Shown: positions 36,781 to 48,987, numbered from the whole stretch's first letter. The stretch is DNA of 62,318 nt, filler included, from Globobulimina sp. (GCA_003354225.1; 19 parts of 19 records of this genome joined end to end with filler, not necessarily neighbours in it), one strand, 5' to 3'. The notes: a model not told the origin generated them from the letters alone. A program made the numbers and translations.

Positions 36781-38000
36781 ATTTCCTGTTAATATATTAC
36801 TTACATTTATATCATTATATTCACCACAATGACTATGACACGAATGTAACACTGCACCATGGAACTTGATATTGCTATTTATAAAAGATTCAATAAACAT
36901 ATTTGCGTACCATTCTCCATATTCATTACTCTGTACAGTGTCGTTTGCATTGATACCTTGTTCACTCATTCCAGCGGCATCAAATATTGATTGTAACGCA
37001 AATACTTTGTTTTTATTTAAAAAGCGAGACACATATTCACTAAACATACAATTTGATATTAATGATTCATTTATTTGTTTATAATAATCGACACAATCAA
37101 TATTTAAATTATTTGTTACATTTTGTGTATTATATATCCATAAAATACCTTCGTGCCAAGAATTGCCATGTATTGGATTATTGTATGGGAATAAACCGCT
37201 TTGTGGTATAGACATAAATTTTTTGGCTGCCACAGAATTCACATAATTTCTAAAAATATAATCATTATTTATAAACACTGCCATTCCGCCAGCGGAACAT
37301 CCAGACAGTACAACGTCTGTCGCTGTGTCCAAACCATATTCATCGTATAACACATTCATACCTATTCAAATAAAAACAAATCTTTCTGAAAACGATCGAG
37401 TTTATATATATAAATAAATATTGTATTTTCATACGTACCTTGTTTTAAGTTTTGATGCCCTCGAAAATATAAATCTGTTGTATATGTTTGATTTACTTTG
37501 TATTTATAAATTGTCATATTATTCCCTGTAAAGGAAGAACCATCGCAATAAAGCATCCAAATAGTATTCCAATTATACATTAATGGATTGGTCAATGCAT
37601 TATCATCCAAATAATCTGCAGAATACCATGCATATGGTGTATATTGCAACGATGAGCCAATATAATTATTCGGCTGTGCTCTTTCATAACAACTCTGTGG
37701 TGACGTACACCAACCCCCTCCTTGTAAATAGATTTGAAATTTGGATAATCCATCACCAAAACCTTTGCGAAAATAAAAGAAATATGGCGATCCATCCAGA
37801 CAACGTGCATTCGTATCCATTGATATATTCACTCGTATTGCGGGAATTGTATTATTATTACCTACACTCTTTGCATAATTGTAAAATGCATCGAACTCTA
37901 AAAACCAGCGGAATTTAGGATTTGTACAAGAACCATCTGGGTTTGCACCCTCTACATATAATATACACAATGAAACCACAAATATGTGAAGCAAACCCAT
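36667..38000 (-). CDS. Pectin acetylesterase / Notum-like secreted esterase, 2 exons; 3' end probably chimeric
   Basis: Signal peptide; CLDGSP, YLQGGGWC, YCDGSSFTG, LYFRG, GCSAGG nucleophile, SCHSHC; intron 37362-37438. Confidence 0.88.
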
Positions 38001-38092
38001 GATTAAAGTTTTTGCAATAAATGTTTTTACAGTTTTTCAGAACAAAAAACATTCGTTTTTGGTTGTTTGTGTATAAACTGAAGCAATGATAA

Positions 38093-38758
38093 TTAATTAT
38101 GATTATCATCGACATCACTGTCACTTTCTGTTATACGTTGATTCAAATCATTATTTACATCCATATCATTTAAAAGAATATCTGCATCATTTTCTTCTTT
38201 GTTTATACTTTCCGTCTCGTCGGCATCCGCATCACTGCTAATTTCAGAATCACTTTTCTCAAAAATTAGTTTATCACTTTCTGACATCGCTGCATAATCT
38301 TGCAACTCAATAAAATCCTTTTCTAAATTGGTAAGTTGTATACATTTTTTTTTAAATTTTATTTTATTGATTGATAATTTCTTTTTTAATTCTTCTAATT
38401 CACATTCTAAATCTACAATTTTTCCTTCCTGTTGGATGTGTTTCTGTACTAAGCGCTCAATGTCTGCTTTCCGTGCACTTAGTTTGTCCCTTAAATCTGC
38501 ATTTTCCTCCGCCAATTTATGTTCGACACTGGGTTTACTGTTTACATTTCCAATCACTTTATCAATGTTTAAAAAATAAGAATCAATCTCCTTTACTGCA
38601 GTTTCCATATTATTATATAGTGATTTTGAGATTTCCTCATCCTTTCCATAACTCGAATTTGTAGCATTAGTCGAAATATCTTCGTCCAAACATTCATTAT
38701 TATAATGATCATTATTAGGTTTATTAGGTTTATGTGAACCAAACGGACGTTGCTTCAT
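38093..38758 (-). CDS. Coiled-coil hypothetical protein
   Basis: Heptad-rich centre and acidic C-terminus. Confidence 0.5.
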   Translation of the reverse strand: MKQRPFGSHKPNKPNNDHYNNECLDEDISTNATNSSYGKDEEISKSLYNNMETAVKEIDSYFLNIDKVIGNVNSKPSVEHKLAEENADLRDKLSARKADIERLVQKHIQQEGKIVDLECELEELKKKLSINKIKFKKKCIQLTNLEKDFIELQDYAAMSESDKLIFEKSDSEISSDADADETESINKEENDADILLNDMDVNNDLNQRITESDSDVDDNHN

Positions 38759-38816
38759 TGCAAAATGTAAAATGTATTTTTAAAAACTTTGACAGCTAAT
38801 ATTTATTATTTTAACA

Positions 38817-39341
38817 ATGTTCACTTCGTTTCCAAACGTAACTGACAGATTTAGTGCAGACCGATGTGCACAACAAGTCTTATTTAGTGAAGAAAGACAC
38901 ACATTATCCTTAAAAACATCGTGTAACTCTTACATTACAGTTTATGGTGAATTATCCATTGATCATGGCCGATTTGAATGGGCAATTCGCATAAATAAAT
39001 GTGGAGATAAACAAGGAATAATTGGCGTGGCCACTGGTACCGCGTTGTCGTGCCGCCACGGAAAATTCAGTGATGAATTGGCCGGATATGGTTTTTGTTT
39101 GAACGGTTTATTTCGAAACGATGGACAAATACTGAATGATGGACAAATTAAATTGCACGAAGGTGATATCCTATTCATTCGAATCGATTTAAACTCAAAA
39201 ATCTTATCCTTTGCAAAGAATGGCATCTTATTAGATATCCATATTACAAACATACCAATGAGCAAATATCGTTTAGCCATCTCTTGTTTCGATGAAAACG
39301 AGCAATATACAATAGTCTCTCCATGCGAATATTTAAGCAAA
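38817..39341 (+). CDS. SPRY/B30.2 domain protein
   Basis: GRFEWAIRI, IIGVA, EGDILFIRIDLNSKILSFAKNG, YRLAIS. Confidence 0.8.
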
Positions 39342-39441
39342 NNNNNNNNNNNNNNNNNNNNNNNNNNNNNNNNNNNNNNNNNNNNTTAATTAATTAANNN
39401 NNNNNNNNNNNNNNNNNNNNNNNNNNNNNNNNNNNNNNNNN

Positions 39442-40357
39442 GTGATATGGAGACATAATACTGTGATTCACACGATTTCTCACCAAATAACTGCACAATT
39501 TCCGTTATTAATTTATACCAATTTCTATATTCGTTCGTTAGTGTTTGACAGAAATATAACGCACATTTCTTATAGTCAATAAATAATAAAATAGAGATTA
39601 AATGCGGTAATGTGATGGTTTTATATTGGTTACATTTCATTGCTTTTATAATCTGACTTTGTGATAAATATTGATTGGCTTTAAATAATATCTTATTATA
39701 TTCATTTATATCGACAGTAAATATATTATTTGAAATTATTTCTTCTTTTAAATTTGAATATTTATATTCTGTCTCTTCCCGATCATTATCAGCAAAGTTA
39801 AAGGTATCTCCACCAGAAATATATGCATTGTTTGTGTTTATTATTATATTTTGTAATTTTGATTTATTTAATGTATGATCAATATAATCCATGTGTTTGT
39901 TTTTAATTTGTTTGTCATTTATTCTGTATCCCATATCAATGGAATGCACAAAAAATGTATGAATGGTATCTAAAATATCCACATAATATAACATTTTCTC
40001 GTTTTGGCTGTTTTTATTGTTCTTTTCATCGGATTCTCTCTCACGTTGATTGTTTAAATAATGTTTGCATGTTACTATGTCTTTGCATTTCAAGTATTTA
40101 TTTATTTGGTTACTTATTATTATATAGTTTTTATTAATTTGTGTTGCATTTTGCTTGTTATTATTCAAATGAACAGATAAAATATGCCCATAATCATTTA
40201 ATAAATTAGTATATTGTTTAAAATATTCAAGTAGTAAATTGTCATCATCATCTTCCATATAATCACCAATAGTGTTATAAAAATGTAAACACATAATCAA
40301 CCGTTTCAGTGATGGACATTTCTGAGCTCCTTTGCAATATTCAAGGTTAGACGTCAT
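39442..40357 (-). CDS. Cys/His-domain family member, 3'-truncated
   Basis: CKGAQKCPSLKRL, LLNDYGHILSVH, CKDIVTC..NQRERE, ILDTIHTFFVH, KYSNLKEEI, ITLPHLISILLF, NWYKLITEIVQLFG. Confidence 0.8.
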
Positions 40358-40428
40358 GGTTTTTTAGCTAGCTGTTAGTAGCAGAAAATGTTTATAAAAA
40401 GTATATTAAATGTCAACAATATTAAAAG

Positions 40429-41595
40429 TTAACAATACGTATGATACATCCAATCATAATCTAATTGTTTCGTATATTGTTTCATCAAATTGCATCTAGT
40501 TTGATTATTTAGCAAAGCATCAATTTGTTCTGTTTTATTAAAGGTTCCTTTGGTAACATGTGATTGTGTTCGGCCCCGTACTGTCTGCTCTTTATAATCA
40601 TCCCTATTCATATCAAAACCTTTAAGCAAATCTAACAGATTCTGCCTATGTTCAAAATTAAACAGTCCAATCACATCAAATATACTTTCAATTGTGGCAC
40701 TAAAATCGTTGCTAAAGTCTTCCAATCTCAGGTTCCTTAAATGAATGTACTTACTGCCATTATATTGTGGTATCAATATATTTTTAATTCCATTATAACT
40801 GTCATTTATCGCATTCCATTCACAAATGAGATATCGATAGAATTCAATTTCAATCCCGATAGAAACACTTTTGTTTCGATAAATGTGTTGTAACGTGTCT
40901 TCTAAATAAGACGCATCCATTCTTCCTAACTGTGATACCATTGGATGGCATATATGTGCTTTAAAGGTTAAATGGTTGATTTTCTGCCTTAACCAAAACT
41001 CCCCGACAGGTCCTCCTTTGTGATAATTATAACCAGATATTATTGAATCTACAGGATTTCGTATTGTATGAAATAAACTACACTGCGTTTTTGACGTAAT
41101 GCATTTTTGAATAGCTGGTAGAAATCGTTTATATCTGAAGTAATCATCACAGATCTTCCCCTCTCGCTTTATCTTGTTTATATGGATAATGTCTGAGGTA
41201 TCATTTGTACATTTCTTTAAATAGTAGCCTAGAATCGTTGGCAGTATCTTTTGATGCATTAATACAGTGCCTGTTTTGTGGTGGCTACCACTTCTAATGA
41301 AGGTGGTATTGGGATTGTAGTCGCAAATAAATGTGTAATTTGCGTGGTTTGTGTGCTTAAACTTGTTGAAGTGATCTGATATATTGTTTATATTTAGTGG
41401 TGTTATTTTGGTGATATTCTTAAATTTTATACTTTTGTTGATGGAAATATTGAGATCATGCTGACTGTATAAACCTGTGGTATGATCATCGCTAATTACA
41501 GCGTAAAATTGTAGATACAATGATAGTAAGCAGCACACTGAAATCATCACTGATATTAAGCAGCAGACTCTGTAAGTATTAGACAACTGCGACAT
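40429..41595 (-). CDS. Type II membrane sulfotransferase-like protein
   Basis: N-terminal signal anchor; 5'-PAPS motif HHKTGT and 3'-PAPS motif IRNPVDSIISGYNYH. Confidence 0.8.
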   Translation of the reverse strand: MSQLSNTYRVCCLISVMISVCCLLSLYLQFYAVISDDHTTGLYSQHDLNISINKSIKFKNITKITPLNINNISDHFNKFKHTNHANYTFICDYNPNTTFIRSGSHHKTGTVLMHQKILPTILGYYLKKCTNDTSDIIHINKIKREGKICDDYFRYKRFLPAIQKCITSKTQCSLFHTIRNPVDSIISGYNYHKGGPVGEFWLRQKINHLTFKAHICHPMVSQLGRMDASYLEDTLQHIYRNKSVSIGIEIEFYRYLICEWNAINDSYNGIKNILIPQYNGSKYIHLRNLRLEDFSNDFSATIESIFDVIGLFNFEHRQNLLDLLKGFDMNRDDYKEQTVRGRTQSHVTKGTFNKTEQIDALLNNQTRCNLMKQYTKQLDYDWMYHTYC

Positions 41596-41705
41596 TAAAA
41601 CTGGTAGAGGTTTTTTTGTCAAACTAGTGTTATCTAAAATTAATCTAAAAAGTCAAGGAAACATACATCCTTGCACTCACTCCAAGTTTCCAACCACTTC
41701 TAAAA

Positions 41706-42625
41706 TCATTGATTGTCAGTTATATAGTCTGAGGTAAAAATTGTACCATAATCTTTACCCTTTACATTAATCGAAGCATTACCCACAGACAGTAACGGTT
41801 TTTCTGTATCTTCTTTCATTGCAATTATCAAACCCGTATCTCGGTCATCAATCACAATCAAAGGCGCATGACCTCTTCCATATGGTTTGCCTGATTTTGT
41901 TTTCTTTGCTCTTAATGTTCTCTGATGTTTGGCACTGAATCGCGAACGCACACTCTCAACATACGCTTGATCAGCACTCCAATTCATATTAGACTTAAGC
42001 ATTCCGTCTGCATTAATCGCGTCAAACTCATCATCAATATCTTCCTGAATTATATCCTCCATAATATCTTCCAATGTGATAATTCCAGCCCACTCCAAAT
42101 CATTCGGTATTGCTGTCCCATCCCTCCAACACTCCAATATTACCCCTTCATCCTTTTCCTCACAAACCATAGCAAAATGTGTCTTTTCAGCCTACAGTGT
42201 CACCACATTGCAGTTTGTTAATTGTTATATAAACACAACGTACATTCAAATACACACAAAGTAACTTGGAAGATATTGATCGTATCATACAATTTCGTGC
42301 TCGGTAGAACTAACGAAGGCGTTGGTACCTTCTTAAAGTTCACAGTTAAATACTGTTTTAATGTTAACTCTGGATTGGGATCGCAAAGAATTAACATTTT
42401 CACCAACAATATGCCAATGATGTTGTTCTTGTTGCCTTCATAAATAGGAATCCGCGAACGCCCAGTTTTATAAATTGCTCTTAATCCGTCATCATCCAAT
42501 TTTGTATTTGCATCCAGACACACAACTTCGTTCCATGTGACAATGGATTCCAACACAGTATAACCGCCAATGTTTAATGCGCCCTCAACCACCGTCTGTT
42601 GGTCGACGTGTTGGTTGATTTCCAT
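41706..42625 (-). CDS. CNNM/DUF21 CBS-pair metal transporter, C-terminal part
   Basis: VEGAL, GRSRIPIYEG..NIIGILLVK, FQ|AEKTHFAMV, GIITLEDIMEDIIQEDIDDEFD; intron 42192-42265. Confidence 0.88.
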
Positions 42626-42725
42626 NNNNNNNNNNNNNNNNNNNNNNNNNNNNNNNNNNNNNNNNNNNNTTAATTAATTAANNNNNNNNNNNNNNNNNNN
42701 NNNNNNNNNNNNNNNNNNNNNNNNN

Positions 42726-43452
42726 CAATGAATCAATAAATTTGTTTAAAAATATAAATAATATAAATGATGGGCTGAAACCAAACATTATTTGTTACAG
42801 AATTATTTTGAGTGCATGCACTGAGGGAACGATGGTTCATTTCGGAAAAGAAATACATGAAAATTTAAAACAAAATATGCGACAGAACATTAAAATATTG
42901 CATGATATATCAGTTCAAATCAATTTGATAAATATGTATGGAAAATGTGGGATGACAAATAAATGTGATGAAATATTTAAAGATATTGAATGTTACGAGC
43001 ATGATAAATATCAAAATGAGATTGGAATTTGGAATGCAATGTTGAATGCATATGCGAGAACTGGTGATTTATGTAAAACAAAGGATTTATGTCAATTAAT
43101 GGAACAACGATCATGTTTGGTGCCGAACTGCAAAACATATATACAAATATTAAATGCATGTAATCATTGTGGTGATACTGAAGAAGCAAAGCGAATATGG
43201 AATGGAATAAATAATTATGATATTAAATATGATTCATATTTAATGACGACATTAATTGACTGTTTCACAAGAAATGGCAAAATTAATGAAGGATATAAAT
43301 TGTTGCTTGAATATGATGAAAATAAAACTATTCAACATCCAAATGATAAATCAATATGGATATCATTATTAAGCGGATGTAAAACATATAAAAATGATAA
43401 ACTTGCTTCCGAAATTTATAACGAAATTCAATTAAAATCATTTAATGCTTAA
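42726..43452 (+). CDS. Pentatricopeptide repeat protein, C-terminal part
   Basis: LINMYGKCG, WNAMLNAYARTG, TLIDCFTRNG, WISLLSGC repeats. Confidence 0.88.
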
Positions 43453-43616
43453 AAATGTATGAAACAGCAGTTTAACGTAAAAAAGAGATATGATACGATG
43501 CATCGATGCATAATGCTATGTACAAACTTAGTGTATTTATGATCGATTTTTTTGAATTTATTCTGTTAGAATATAATCTTAAATATAGAATATAAAAATA
43601 TAGAATATAATGCATG

Positions 43617-44087
43617 TTATTTTGCTAGTACACTGATAACAATTATAAAGGTTAGCAATAATGAGAAAAATATTAATTTTCCTTTATGCTGATTGATCCA
43701 TGATTGATTACTGTCTGCCAATTCTTGTAAATGTGCGGAAATGCTCATTCGTTGATCTGGAGTCAATTTATTTACGTCAACGTCACTCCCAGAACTAGAA
43801 TATTGATCCGTGTCATGTTGCGATCCATTACTAAGCGGATTGCGATGTTCTCGGACCAATCTCGGTGTTGAAGACACTTGTGCCGAACCTGAATCATCTC
43901 TTCTTGAACTTGACGATGCATATGGATACGTTTGTCTATTGCTTCTCCTTTGTCGCCTTTGTCTTCGTTCTCGACTGTTTCGAACTGCTACGGAAATTGC
44001 ACCTGCCCTCCCAGCAAACATTCCATTTATATCCACAATGAACGTAAATAACAGCATGTAGCATATTAAAAATGAACGCATGTCCAA
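43617..44087 (-). CDS. Small single-pass membrane protein with signal peptide
   Basis: Hydrophobic N- and C-termini with an Arg/Ser-rich middle. Confidence 0.5.
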   Translation of the reverse strand: MDMRSFLICYMLLFTFIVDINGMFAGRAGAISVAVRNSRERRQRRQRRSNRQTYPYASSSSRRDDSGSAQVSSTPRLVREHRNPLSNGSQHDTDQYSSSGSDVDVNKLTPDQRMSISAHLQELADSNQSWINQHKGKLIFFSLLLTFIIVISVLAK

Positions 44088-44130
44088 AAAAAAGTTTGTA
44101 GTAGTTTTTTAAAAAAAAACTCAGCACAAA

Positions 44131-45908
44131 ATGTTGTCGCAACAAAATTGTACATACTGCATCAAATTACGCAAAAACATCATCCAAAAATGTTGTAAAT
44201 TAACAGAATTTTCTTACCAAACAAATATAAAACGTATCAACAAAACAACAGTTTCAAGATTAAACGTGAATGTGAATCAAAATAGAGCTAACAGGCAAAA
44301 TTTTGGTTTTGATCCCTATGCAATATTGCCGTTAAAAGGAAGCGATGAATTCCAGGATATTAGACAGCAAATATTTCGTTGTAATGATGGTAAATCAATC
44401 CGAAAATTATTAAAATCAAAACATAAGGAATGTGCAATCAAATATGATCAAAGTGTGTATACAGCAGCAATGACTAAATGCGGTGAACTTGGTGATGTGG
44501 AAAATACCTGCAAAATTATGAAATTTATGCACAAAAAGAAAATTAAAAGAGATAGAAACAGCTATAACATATTATTCCGAGCATTAGCACAAAATGAACA
44601 AGTTTATGAATATCCGAAACATATAAATTATATGGTAATAAAAGATAAACTGAAACCAGATATTATTACAGCGAGTATATTAATTGGTGGATGTAAGAAA
44701 AGAGGCGATATTGTAACAGCAGAGAATGTGTGGAATGATATCATTATAAAATTTAAACTAAAACCAACAGAAATAACATATGTTCAAATGTTATCTGTTT
44801 ATGCGAAAGCAGCGGATGCCAATAAGGCGCAAAATAAGTTTAAAGAGATGATGGAAACTGGAATTAAACCAAGCGAAGCAAGTTGTGGCTCATTGATGAA
44901 ATGTTTTGCAAATTGTTTGGATATTGATAATGTAATAAAAGTAAAGTCATTTATGGAATTAAAAGGATTTAAACTTGATTCTTATGTCTATTCCTCATTA
45001 ACCTCTGTTTATTTGAAAAATAGATTGCCGTTAAAAGCATTGGAAATGTATAATGAATATAAGAAACATTTGAATGGCGATATTCCACATAAATCAATGA
45101 TGCATGCCAGGAATTCTGCTTTTTTAGTCATGCTACAAGAAAATGTTAAAAAATGCATTGATGATAAAAACACGGAACATTATTATAATATGGTTACTAA
45201 AACTATCATGGATGAAATTAAGCAATTTTATGGCAGCAAAACCAGTTTAATCCATGAGTTGGCACATAATGTGTTAACTGCAATAGTTGTCTATCATTAT
45301 AATTTGAAAAAAGATGAGGAGAAAACAATTGAACTATTTTTGAGTTTATGCCAAGAATCAGAGATTGGATATTGGTCACAAAACGGTAAGACTGGTAAAT
45401 GGATGTTAGACTTTCATTCATTTCGCTATGAGTCAGCTAAATTTGTTTTGCAATATGTATTTAAATACGAGAGAGACAATTTATTGGATATGGATGATAT
45501 CTTAATATTATGCGGGAGGGGGTATCACCGCAATAAATATGGAGGTAATTATGAACAACTGAATGAAAGAGGTTTAATGTATTTTATTCAACACGAATTA
45601 GCAAAATGGTCACCGAATCCAATCCGTAGTCAGAGATGTCAAGATAACTATGCTTTATTGAGAGTATTTAAAGAAGATGTTTTGGTATATTTTGAGGCAA
45701 AACAATGTGTTGAATATGATGGAAACACGATTTTTGGTGACAGGAATCGGAAAAAAATGAGTGCAAAATATTTGAAGGAGTTGAAAATGAATCTAACCAA
45801 CGGTGTTGAAATTGAAATATATGATGGCAATAATTGGGAGAAACTTGTAATAAACACTCATGTTGATAATGCTGATTTTATTGTTTTTGACAAAGATAAT
45901 AAGGAACA
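44131..45908 (+). CDS. PPR protein with C-terminal SMR domain, 3'-truncated
   Basis: About 7 PPR repeats (YTAAMTKC, YNILFRAL, YVQMLSVYAK...), then LDFH and ILCGRGYH SMR-like motifs; basic N-terminus. Confidence 0.8.
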
Positions 45909-46052
45909 NNNNNNNNNNNNNNNNNNNNNNNNNNNNNNNNNNNNNNNNNNNNTTAATTAATTAANNNNNNNNNNNNNNNNNNNNNNNNNNNNNNNNNNNN
46001 NNNNNNNNTTGAAAGTAAACCATTGCCTTTCAAAAACGAATTCAAACTGCAT

Positions 46053-46856
46053 TTATCTCTTTCTACACATTAAAAAGAGATAAGAAGGTAACACTTTGTG
46101 TGCTTTTTCCCATGGAACAACTACGACAGTCATTCCAACAAAGCGATAAACACTCGAAAACTCAGCCACTCGGTTCAATAAAACCACTGCACACTCTCTG
46201 TCCCCACCTGGTCTGTCCTCAACAGCTATTGTATTAAATGGAGCTTTATTGTATGCGGTTCGATGATTAAACTCAGGCTCACCGTAGCCACACATACATG
46301 TATCTGGATTGCTTCCCAAATAAATGCCTTCCCCCATAGCATCTCCATTCTTTATACCAACTTTCCTGAATCTATCCATTGCAATGGAAGCTGCACTCTC
46401 TGCACTGGTTGCATGCCAAAGATATAACTCACTCAAAACATTAGGCGATGCGGAATCTTTTAATTTGAAATCTGGGAATATGTGCAATAAGTGTCTTGTG
46501 TCAGAACGCGCTACGTCAACATCAACATTACTACGGATAGGAAAGAACTCTGATTTTGCGTTGACATATTCTAATTTTGCGTAGTCATTGTTTATTTTCC
46601 ATCCATTTATTACCTCCCACGTCGTCATTGGTTTACCACACAAATTCGTAAATTGTTGAATAAGAACCTTTTGTTGATGAGATATGGATGTTATTTTTAC
46701 CTCAGACCATGGTGCATGTGCTGCTGCTGCTGATTCCGTGAATGAATGCTTCGGTGTTGCTGGCATCACAGATCTAAGTGATCTGCTTGTTTGTGTCTGT
46801 GCGCTATCACATAATGTAGTTGTAATCAATAAAATTGATGTGAATGTTGCTAACAT
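46053..46856 (-). CDS. PARP-like (ARTD) catalytic domain protein with signal peptide
   Basis: Signal-like MLATFTSILLITTTLC; ELYLWHAT, IA..RF, MGEGIYLG, VLLNRV, VLPSYLF. Confidence 0.7.
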   Translation of the reverse strand: MLATFTSILLITTTLCDSAQTQTSRSLRSVMPATPKHSFTESAAAAHAPWSEVKITSISHQQKVLIQQFTNLCGKPMTTWEVINGWKINNDYAKLEYVNAKSEFFPIRSNVDVDVARSDTRHLLHIFPDFKLKDSASPNVLSELYLWHATSAESAASIAMDRFRKVGIKNGDAMGEGIYLGSNPDTCMCGYGEPEFNHRTAYNKAPFNTIAVEDRPGGDRECAVVLLNRVAEFSSVYRFVGMTVVVVPWEKAHKVLPSYLFLMCRKR

Positions 46857-47095
46857 CTTTGAATTTAACTGTCTAGAAAGGATCAATAGATTGAGTGAGA
46901 TGAGAATTATTTGAAATGAAAATGAGAAAACATGGAAATATTGGCGTTCAATAACTGCGAGTATTCGAATTAAAATGTAATTATGAGTTATGATGCAATG
47001 AGTAGCTGCTTTTCAAAGACTACCGTCATTTCAAGATTGTCCCAAAATAAATATACCGGTATCTCTGATTCAAAATGGCCAAAAAAATTATTGAT

Positions 47096-47638
47096 TTATT
47101 TTTTGAATTTATTAGACAATGCGCTGAATGACAATTTCTTTTTTTTCGGTTGAGATTTTTGTTCTTTTTGTTCTTGTGATTGTTTGAATTCATCCAATTG
47201 TTCCACATATGCTTTAATTTTTGGATCACGATAAATATTATTGTCTTTATTATTTTTTATATTTGAATTATAATTATTTGCATTGGATTGTTTTTTATTT
47301 TTATTTTTCATTTTATTCATAAATGCATCCAATTTGTTGCCTTTATTATTTTCAGTGTGCTGACTGTGCTCATTGTCATTGCCATTTATATCATTTATAT
47401 TATTGACTGATTTACTTTTATTCTTTTTTTTAGATTTTAACTTATTCCATTTATTTTTAATATCATCCTTCCATTCATTTAATTGTTCTCTTGTGTCCTC
47501 TGCGAATTCGTTTGATGCTTTCTTCATTTTGTTGCCTGCATTTTTTATTTTCCATTTTGCAACAGATTTGGTGGCAAAGTTCATTTTTAATATAGAAGAC
47601 GCTGGGATGATGTCAACAGTTTTTCTTTCCTGATGCAA
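47096..47638 (-). CDS. Lys/Asn-rich low-complexity protein or terminal exon
   Basis: 180-codon ORF; start uncertain. Confidence 0.4.
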   Translation of the reverse strand: MHQERKTVDIIPASSILKMNFATKSVAKWKIKNAGNKMKKASNEFAEDTREQLNEWKDDIKNKWNKLKSKKKNKSKSVNNINDINGNDNEHSQHTENNKGNKLDAFMNKMKNKNKKQSNANNYNSNIKNNKDNNIYRDPKIKAYVEQLDEFKQSQEQKEQKSQPKKKKLSFSALSNKFKK

Positions 47639-47766
47639 AATGGCATCGGATGCTGTTTTTAATCTGAATAAAAGTTTAATGGATTTAGAATTGTGGACAA
47701 TTAACGAATGAAGACTATAATGAAAAAATTAAATGTCGAAAAACATGCAAAGAGCAGTGTATGCCT

Positions 47767-48987
47767 TCATATTTCATGCATTATGTATAGATATTCACCA
47801 ATTCCTGCATTTGTACTTAAGAGCAACTCTGACTTTTGTAACCAGTGTAACTTTTTTGCCGATCCATGTGTCTTTATTGCAAACCATACACTGCAACCAA
47901 TCTCCACCAAATAAAACATTTCATAACAAACCAATGCCTTTCTACAAAACACAAAAACATATAAAACCATACAGATACACAAACAACTCAGCAACGCTGC
48001 AATTACGTTTAGTAAAAAATCAATGTCCAACAACCCATAAATTGGCGTATTACTCCTAAAATTTGCAATTAATGATTCCCATACTCTTCCAAACAAAGCT
48101 GTACATACAAACAAACATAATGCCGTCAATATCACCAAACGCCAGAAAAGGTTCCACAACAATACCACCATAAAATAAGTGATCACCACATTGATTTGTT
48201 TCATTGATAAACATAATAAAAATACTGACGAGACACCAACAATAAGACAACTAAATACATTGTAATCGTCGATATAAGCTATTCTTTCATATAATTCCCC
48301 ACTGTGTACAGTTGGCGCGAGGTACATATAATCAGTGATAATTTGGACAATGTCAGCCACAAATTCTACATTTTCAGAAATTATTTGCTTGCTAATTTTT
48401 TCACTGATTAGACGTTGTCTTTTCAACCATCGTATTCTCCAAATAACAACATTTTGCACAAAATAAAATCGATAAAAATAAATAAACGAAAACAACCAAC
48501 AGCTGGAAAACACCCAATTTGACGATAACTGGATTCTGAACATGTTGATGTTGGAAGAAGCCACATCAAATTTTGGAAGGTCAAAATTTAACAATTTGTG
48601 CCAATGTGGGATGTCATTGTTGTGTGAAAAACCATCAATAATCGAAAAGAGTTTGACAAAGAATATGGTAAACATCACTAATAAATGAGCATTCGCAGCC
48701 AATGAGTCACACAATTTGCATTTTGTAGTGTTGAGGTAGTAAAAACGTAGTATTTTTTCCGTGTTAATAAATAGCACCATCGACAATAACATTCCACGGA
48801 ATAGCTTGAATAACATAAGCATCCCTACATTGTGGAGAGTAGAATCCAGTGTTTGCGTTTCATACATAGTGGGAACAAATAATTCGGAAATAACTATCAA
48901 TATCGTCAGTCCCCACATTATTGGAAAAGGTACATCAATTAATTGAGACAATAAGCCAGAAACATTTTGTTTGCGTAAATGATACAT
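47767..48987 (-). CDS. Multi-pass membrane protein of unknown function
   Basis: 406 aa with about 8 hydrophobic helices. Confidence 0.6.
   Translation of the reverse strand: MYHLRKQNVSGLLSQLIDVPFPIMWGLTILIVISELFVPTMYETQTLDSTLHNVGMLMLFKLFRGMLLSMVLFINTEKILRFYYLNTTKCKLCDSLAANAHLLVMFTIFFVKLFSIIDGFSHNNDIPHWHKLLNFDLPKFDVASSNINMFRIQLSSNWVFSSCWLFSFIYFYRFYFVQNVVIWRIRWLKRQRLISEKISKQIISENVEFVADIVQIITDYMYLAPTVHSGELYERIAYIDDYNVFSCLIVGVSSVFLLCLSMKQINVVITYFMVVLLWNLFWRLVILTALCLFVCTALFGRVWESLIANFRSNTPIYGLLDIDFLLNVIAALLSCLCICMVLYVFVFCRKALVCYEMFYLVEIGCSVWFAIKTHGSAKKLHWLQKSELLLSTNAGIGEYLYIMHEI

Noticed and set aside
4337-46886. An NAD/ADP-ribose gene cluster (sirtuin, ART-like, PARP-like) or a GGTase-CaaX pairing
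   Set aside because: The genes lie on different contigs, so adjacency reflects length sorting only.
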